Below are positions 57,621 to 64,000 of a stretch of DNA of 64,000 nt, in pieces. Every line of letters starts with the position of its first letter. The stretch's first letter is position 1. The position numbers and the translations under genes were made by a program. Source of the DNA: Rhodosorus marinus CCMP1338 (taxonomy: Eukaryota; Plantae; Rhodophyta); contig JAMWBK010000001.1 in the NCBI GenBank assembly GCA_029953675.1, positions 2,356,001 to 2,420,000 on the forward strand, read 5' to 3'. Under the pieces are notes generated by a model that was not told the origin of the DNA, searched no databases, and saw only the letters and a program-made list of their open reading frames with translations.

Positions 57621-58445
57621 ATGAAGACGACTATGTTTTCCGTGGTCGCGATGCTCGTGGCCATTATCAGTGTTGCTAGTGCCCATCACTACCCTTCACC
57701 TACCCCGGTGCCGACTCCATACAAACCGCCGCAACCCAAATGTTCGCTTCCCTACTTCTGGGAAACGGTCAACGGCAGAGCCAATCGTGCAGGCAACCTG
57801 GTATACTCTGTTGAATACTTCAAGCGGATTCTCGGAGGTCACGACAACCGCAACCACAAGGGTCCGATCAACGGTGGATACAGATGGATCAACTGGGATG
57901 ATCGAGACATTCCCTTCGAGTTTCCCAGGAATTACTACAACCACTACAAGGGTGTGACGTTTTCGTCCGATCATAGGGAGTTCCGTGTCAGCAACCCGTA
58001 CTACGGACGGTACACTCACGACAGGAGGTTCTCGACGATCAACCGATCCGAGTCGAAAAATTTCATCACCTACACGAGGAAACGCCTGTTTACTCCCATT
58101 GACGACAATGAGTTCACTATCCGGTGGGTGATCCCTGGAAACAGAGCGAAGGCGCTGGTTCGTGGATTCGGAGCCGTGTTTGTCGGAGTCGAAAAGCCAC
58201 ACGCGACGAAGGTGATTGCGTACGATATCCAGGGATGTAAGATCGCTGAGGAGTACGTCGCGCCTTTCGAGGATGGGCTCTCGTTCCTGGGAATCCAGTT
58301 TGAGCGGGCCATCATCGCGAAGATCGAAATCGTGCTCGGAAATCGACCAATCAATTATCACGCTTACTGCGGGAAGAGGTGCGGTGAGGATATCGTGGTG
58401 GTGGACGATATCTACTTCTCTGAACCGGTACGCGCCTACAAGTAG
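57621..58445 (+). CDS. Secreted INWD-family protein, paralogue 3 (274 aa)
   Basis: ATG 57621 in an AAAACAATG context gives a signal peptide; Pro-rich linker PSPTPVPTP; same motifs as paralogue 2. Confidence 0.92.
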   Translation: MKTTMFSVVAMLVAIISVASAHHYPSPTPVPTPYKPPQPKCSLPYFWETVNGRANRAGNLVYSVEYFKRILGGHDNRNHKGPINGGYRWINWDDRDIPFEFPRNYYNHYKGVTFSSDHREFRVSNPYYGRYTHDRRFSTINRSESKNFITYTRKRLFTPIDDNEFTIRWVIPGNRAKALVRGFGAVFVGVEKPHATKVIAYDIQGCKIAEEYVAPFEDGLSFLGIQFERAIIAKIEIVLGNRPINYHAYCGKRCGEDIVVVDDIYFSEPVRAYK

Positions 58446-58919
58446 ATGCTTCTACAGGCGACAACTCTGTACTCGACTAGTCGCGTGTTTAGTGCTCGTG
58501 AGAAATGTCGTACTCCAGTACGATCCCGAAAGTAAACATCTCTCAACAATCAAAAGCTTCCGTCAACAAGAGCAACACTCCGGTGAACGGAGGTTCAACA
58601 TGGTATCGTGGTATATCAAACTCAGAGTCTAGAAGGACACGCGATCTATGCTTGCCACCCTCTTATTCGCGTCTCCGATCTGAGAGATGAGGACAGAGAA
58701 CATCAGCATTCAAATTTTCTATCCAACCGTCAGATCCGTCCCCCACTTCCCCATTCTCCAGTGTCATTAACAGATATCATCCTCCCCAAAATGACAGTTC
58801 AGAATAAAGTTGGGTGGGGAAATGAATCCCAAATGAACTCCCGGTGGGCGGAGAACTGCAAGGGGGGTCCAGAGAAACTAGGAGGGGGGACGGTTGAGAC
58901 GCAAGTGGAGTCTCAGCCG

Positions 58920-59200
58920 GATCCCCGGAAGGGCCAGGTAAGGGCCCAGATCCGAGTGGAGTTGACTAATGGTGCGAAAGTGTACGAAACAATCGATACA
59001 GGTGCGAGCTCCGTCTGGGTAGACAATGCAGTGTGCCTCTCTCCCGGAATAAACTACCAAGCTAGAGTGGTGGCCGCTGAAGGTTGGTTGCGATGGCCCC
59101 CTCATCGATATTATTGGGCATGGCTTCATGACATTGGCCATTGAAGGAATTTCCGAGTGGAAATCAATAGCGAGCAACAAACTCACCATGTTTGATCCGC
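58920..59200 (+). mobile_element. Retropepsin-like aspartic protease remnant (probable LTR retrotransposon relic)
   Basis: IRVELTNGAKVYETIDTGASSVWVD contains the D-T-G-A motif; no RT, integrase or LTR nearby. Confidence 0.5.
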
Positions 59201-59490
59201 TTTGCGAAAAATCACCCAAAGTCGGCTGAACGTGGACTCCAGGGGAAGGTATTCGGGATCCAAGGCAGCCTGAAAATAAGTTTGATATAAGTTCATTAGA
59301 CGAATCATGTCCTTCCTGCACCCAATTTACCCAATTTCTATCTGTATCAGAGGTTGTTCCCTACTACAATCCAAATTATTTATCAATTCAAAATATATGT
59401 TGAATTTTCTGATGACTTTCAAAACTTGTAGCTAAACTAATCTCCAAATGAAAACTGATAACAGAATTGATTTTACCCTATTCTGCAGTT

Positions 59491-59505
59491 TAAACCATTC
59501 GTTCG
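59491..59505 (+). mobile_element. 15-nt family A tail-only insertion
   Basis: TAAACCATTCGTTCG flanked by a perfect TTCTGCAGTT at 59481-59490 and 59506-59515. Confidence 0.88.
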
Positions 59506-59739
59506 TTCTGCAGTTGTTGACATCCGGATGTTTTCCTTTCACCTCCAACTAAACAAATTCATTCATTCCCCTATAAAAGAATGGTTGGTTTTTCTATACT
59601 AAATAATAGCAACTGTTGGGATGGGGAAAATTGTTGTTGACATTCCTTTGCAATCGTCGATTAGCTACGAGCGGACTCTGTATAATATTCAAGACTGAGT
59701 AGCAAGGAGTAGAGATAGAATGAATTGCTTACTCGAAGA

Positions 59740-60250
59740 CTGAAAGAAAGAAAAAACCGAAGGGGAAAAAAAGACTAAGCGCAGCGAAAATCGCGCGGCT
59801 CCAACATCAAAGCGGCGTTCATACGCCACAGCAAGAATAAGTTTCTTGCGGAACGGGTAAACGACGACAGACGGTCATGGCGTTTGCGGAACAATTCCCA
59901 AAGGCAACGAGAACCAACGGAATCCATGAATTCAAAGTACTCAACGACAAGAGGTACCAGGCGATGATCTAGAGCCGAAGTATGGATGCCAGGGGGACAC
60001 AAGACCCCCGCGTATTTCAACTCTTTGGGACGTCTCATATTGGCATCTGCAAATCCACGGCGCTCTCCCGCAGCCGGCAAATAAACGACTAGCCTGAGGA
60101 TTAGGAAGAGCAAGATCAACTTACGTCGTACGGCGGCTATCGTCACAAGTGACCACGAAGTCAGCTACGCGGCGTTCATCATTCTGGTAATCTGCGACAG
60201 GCAGGGGCTTCGCACGTTCAATTTCAAGACCGGCTTGCCGTACGCTAGGT
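59740..60250 (-). mobile_element. Diverged family-A-like 3' fragment (RLE domain)
   Basis: GLEIERAKPLPVADYQNDERRVADFVVTCDDSRRTT...YLPAAGERRG...WRMNAALMLE. Confidence 0.9.
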
Positions 60251-60496
60251 CGAAGTTCGCAATATAACAGGTTCAAGATCCGCAAGATAGAAGTGTAAAA
60301 AGGAAGAGAGATATTCGTAAAAAGGCAAGAGTTGAAACTCTTGTTGGAAGGGTGAGTTCCTAAGTGAATAGTGAATATTGAGCGCCGATTAAGGGGTCGC
60401 CCTTTGGCGATGTTCTACCATCATTCTACAAAGCATGCGAGCACGGGCCGAGGTACGCCACCGCCGCCTGATTGAGTTTTTGCTTGGGCTGCGGTA

Positions 60497-60710
60497 GGTA
60501 GCTGCCGTACAAGCTTACTTTTGTCCATAGTACCTAGTGGTTCAGGGGTAGCTGCCGTACAAAGCTTACTTTTGTCCATAGTACCTAGTGGTTCACTTCC
60601 GGGGTTGCGTAATCCTTAAGGCTATGTTAGCTAACCACCATACATATCGGTACCAGTGGTTCACTTTCCGGGCGTAATCCGTAAGGCAATGGTAGTTAAC
60701 CACCATACTT
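60497..60710. repeat. Two overlapping tandem duplications (~50 bp x2 and ~64 bp x2)
   Basis: ggtagctgccgtacaa(a)gcttacttttgtccatagtacctagtggttca x2; agtggttcactt(t)ccggg...cgtaatcc.taaggc.atg.tag.taaccaccatac x2. Confidence 0.85.
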
Positions 60711-61637
60711 ATTGATGTGAGCTTCACCATCGTAATCACATAGAGAGCGATTAGCGGGAAGAAGTGTCATGAAAGCGGAATTATTCGTGTCGAATCTTCC
60801 TTCTTCCTTCTTCGCCGGATTTTTAATCTAAGCAGTTTCATGTCTGGAACATAATTTGGATTAGTTGGAGACGGAGAAAACTGATAGCAGAAGCGTGCAC
60901 GACGCATTGGTATCGAAGAGCATATATCATTGGTCCTCCTTGACAAATACGGAAATAAAATTGTCTCGCACGATCTATACAATAGACAGACCCCTTTAGA
61001 TGCTTTTTCGAAGGGGATGCCAAGGAAATTGGTTTTTTCAACAATACGCACTTTAGTTTACTTCTTTCAACAAATATTGAACAACTCAATGATATTTTGC
61101 CCTCGTTAGAATTGAGCAGGTTTGAAATCCGTGAAATCTCATTTAATCTAATAAAGTACGTTTGCCAACTTGGCAAATGAGAATCCAGAATCCGATTGTT
61201 TTTTAGTTTTGCGTACTGACTCATCCAACCGATTTAAGGATTTGCCTGGTAGGGTTTGTAAGCAACTAGATCTCTATACTTTGATAGTAAATAAAATCTA
61301 TAATTTTTTGGATCTAGTATAGATTAGCAAAGTTCGAGAACTTTGAGGTTGGGGTGGAGTCATAAAATGCGGTGAAAGCACACCAAGCCAGGAATACTGT
61401 ACCCCTCTTGCATGAATGATATCTTCCTAGGATTTTGCATTATGAGACAAAACAAGTCTCTCAAAATCTCGCTGCGTTAGACATAACCCCTTTGCGCATT
61501 TTGAATGTTATCATTTGCTTCCTACTGAGGGCTACCAGAATCTGAACCGAAACGGGACATGCAGTCACCATCCGCCACGGTCGTCCTTTTTTTTTTGTTT
61601 TCAAAGAATATCACGATTCCGGTTGTCACCCGTTTAG

Positions 61638-61757
61638 GGTTATGCCAAGTGGGTCAGGGTTTTTCACTGCATTCCCCTCTAAACCTGCCTGTTTTCGCGG
61701 GTTTAGCCACTTCCGGGTCGCTAAACAACGAAAAACCCGACCCCACTTGGCACAACC
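61638..61757. repeat. 28-bp imperfect inverted repeat with a 64-bp spacer
   Basis: ggttatgccaagtgggtcagggtttttc versus the reverse complement of gaaaaacccgaccccacttggcacaacc. Confidence 0.8.
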
Positions 61758-62092
61758 TTAGTTTCCAAAACAATCAGCTTTTGAACAAGAATATAATTTT
61801 CCACGTCGAGATCGAGTGTAAGCGGTGGTTTTACTGACAGTCGGGTCAGGTTTTGGTGGCATAATGATTTCCAGGCTTGTCCACTTTGTCTTGGCATTCT
61901 TTGAAGAAAATGAATTTTTATTTATAGCGACCATGATCCGGGTCCGGGAGGGCGCGCTCTGCGTTGCAAAACAGCTATAGGGTTTTCTTCGTTCTTGAAA
62001 CACCGCGGGAACCAAGGTTCCTGACAGAATCGAGGCTAGACCTTGCTATTTGAGATTGCCGGGAGATAAAGGAGTTGGGGCAAGATTTGGGG

Positions 62093-62460
62093 GCAGCAGG
62101 ATTATCAATCCCAATATTGCTCCTGACCAGATGGCATTTGTGTGGGTGACTATGGACTTTGGTGTTCGGTTCATCCTCGATGGTATTGACGCAATGAGAG
62201 AGAGTCAGCTTGAAAACCGTGCTTGGACTTTCCCAAAAAAATTGAACTAGTTCTCAACTGACTGCTCTAAGACTAGCAGCAGGATGATCAATCCCAATAT
62301 TGCTCCTGACCAGATGGCATTTGTGTGGGTGACTATGGATTATGGTGTTCGGTTCATCCTCGATGGTAATGACGCAATGAGAGAGAGCAAGCTTGAAAAC
62401 TGTGCTTGGACTTTCACAAAAAAATTGAACTAGTTTTCAACTGACTGCTCGAAGACTAGC
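62093..62460. repeat. 2 x 183 bp tandem duplication
   Basis: gcagcaggat(t/g)atcaatcccaatattgc starts at 62093 and 62276. Confidence 0.95.
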
Positions 62461-62469
62461 TACCGTCCC

Positions 62470-62762
62470 CGCTATGCGAGGGTTTTGTCTTCCCCAGGCA
62501 TTCTTGCTTCGGCTCACGGTCATCGCCAGGTCATTGAGTGCTTTGGGTTTATGGATTGCGTTGGTTCTCGTTGGCTTCGGGAGTTGTTCCGGGAACGCCC
62601 TGACCGTCTCTCGTCGTTTACCCGTTTCGGTATCTTGCTGTGGCGCATGAACAACTGCTTTGATGTTGGAGGCGCGCGATCTTCGCCGCGCATAGGTTTT
62701 TGGTTTTTATTTCCTCTCGTGGATTTTCTTTCTTTCAGTCTCCGATTAAGCAAATTCATTCA
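62470..62762 (+). mobile_element. Diverged family-A-like 3' fragment
   Basis: IECFGFMDCVGSRWLRELFRERPDRL...ctccgattaagcaaattcattca. Confidence 0.88.
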
Positions 62763-64000
62763 GACTATCCCATCTAGAGCTGTTAGTTTCAAGCCATTCC
62801 GACTCCCGCTCTCCTAACCTTTTCCAGGGTCGCATAGTCCAAAAATGCTCCGCTATCAAACAAAAAACTCCACCTCGAATGTCCTTACAATTTCGTTTGC
62901 TCAGAGACCCAATTCCAAAACACCTCCAAAACAAAAGAGGAAAACTCAAAACTACCACAAAGTCCCAAATCCGAAAAAAAGGTAATATGGGCCATGGTTC
63001 CGAACTAGAAACCTATTTTGCAAAACAAATTTCCTGCCTTAGAAATCCAATTTTAAGGTTTTTTTTTGTTCCTGTTCTCTCTCTCGAACGAATGGTCTCT
63101 CTCTCAGCGCACGACAATTCTCATTTGCTCGCTGAGGGCAAGTACGTACAAATTTTCGACCCTCAATTTGTTCGTTAAAAAATTTGATGTTCGGCATTGT
63201 CTGACATGCAACGGAGTAGAGCAAGAGGGAAATCTTGTTGGTAGAGGTCTCTCTGAACAGATTCATTCATTCTGGACCCCACCAGGAAAGAGTTGGCTTG
63301 TCTAGCCAGTAGAGTATGCGGAGCTACACGACAAAAACAGTGCCCTGATTTTTGCCAGGGCAATCTCCAATTTATTGAAGTAGGTGAGACAATGTTAAAA
63401 AGTGACTAGTTGAATACAAAGACAGACATGAACACATTCCAATAGATCGCATTGAACGAATCAGAGATTTCTTGGAATAGGATGTCCGAGCTTTTTTAGC
63501 GAAATCAAGCAGTTGCTCTCTCTGTTACATAGAACAAGTCTATCTTGGCGGTGGATGATGATGATAGGGTTTGGAGAAGAGGGACGATGAGGAAGCGTGT
63601 GAGGGTCTTTGGGAAGGGGGCCAAGAGACAACCCTGCCTTGAGGAGCGAGGTTATAGTCCTTGGAACCCTTTTGGTAAAGGAGGATTTTTGGTGATTTGA
63701 TATTGGATCCGATAGAGGTCCGTCTGAGGGTGTTATTTGTTGGCTGCTGGAGGGCTTTTGGGAGGATATTTGAACGATGAGGTTTGTGTTTAGTGCTTTG
63801 ACGTTGACGGTGGTGGTCGTCACCTTGGTTGCTGGAGTGGTTATTGATCGTGAGAATATAGTCCACGAGCTCGTTGTCGAGGGAAGGTTCCAATCTCCTC
63901 TAGATTTCGATTGGATTCCTGGAGATGTAGAAAGAATTCTTATCTGCGAAAAGCGCGGAATTATTCACCTTGTAATAGATGGACAGGTCCAGTCTAAACC

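Noticed and set aside
60767-61224. Possible transposase remnant
   Set aside because: No DDE or zinc-finger motif could be identified.
63461-64000. Minus-strand ORFs of ~120 aa at the window end
   Set aside because: Low-complexity Ser/Pro/His-rich translations with no motif or clear start; may be part of a feature beyond the window edge.
1-64000. Prokaryotic origin or contamination suggested by RTX and PEP-CTERM-like domains
   Set aside because: Spliceosomal introns, TATA/Kozak contexts, ShKT domains and non-LTR retrotransposons are interleaved with these genes.

Overview
This is eukaryotic nuclear DNA: it has phase-consistent GT-AG introns, TATA boxes 80-150 bp upstream of ATGs, signal peptides and ShKT domains. 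An algal or protist source, possibly a red alga, is only my impression. The window is a retrotransposon-saturated region carrying a few genes, mostly for secreted proteins: three paralogues of an intronless bacterial-like 'INWD' protein, two RTX-repeat pseudogenes, a multi-exon Cys-rich protein, a two-ShKT peptide and a (YGPAP)n protein, plus one amino-acid transporter. The dominant elements are two related families of CRE/R2-superfamily non-LTR retrotransposons (RT + CCHC + restriction-like endonuclease), called family A and family B here. There are three apparently full-length copies (A 14612-19338, B 39200-44002, diverged B-type 'D' 47451-52065), one long 5'-truncated B copy ('C' 44476-47450) and more than 25 fragments. 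These elements have several unusual traits: a separate ORF1 of about 400-470 aa, a YHDD RT active site, and short-repeat 3' tails instead of poly(A) (B: AGTAAAGTCC; A: TTCR). Family B repeatedly inserts into the tail of an earlier copy, with TSDs that start at the tail unit. Both families leave tail-only micro-insertions of 14-47 nt with clean TSDs. No rRNA, tRNA or CRISPR array was found.
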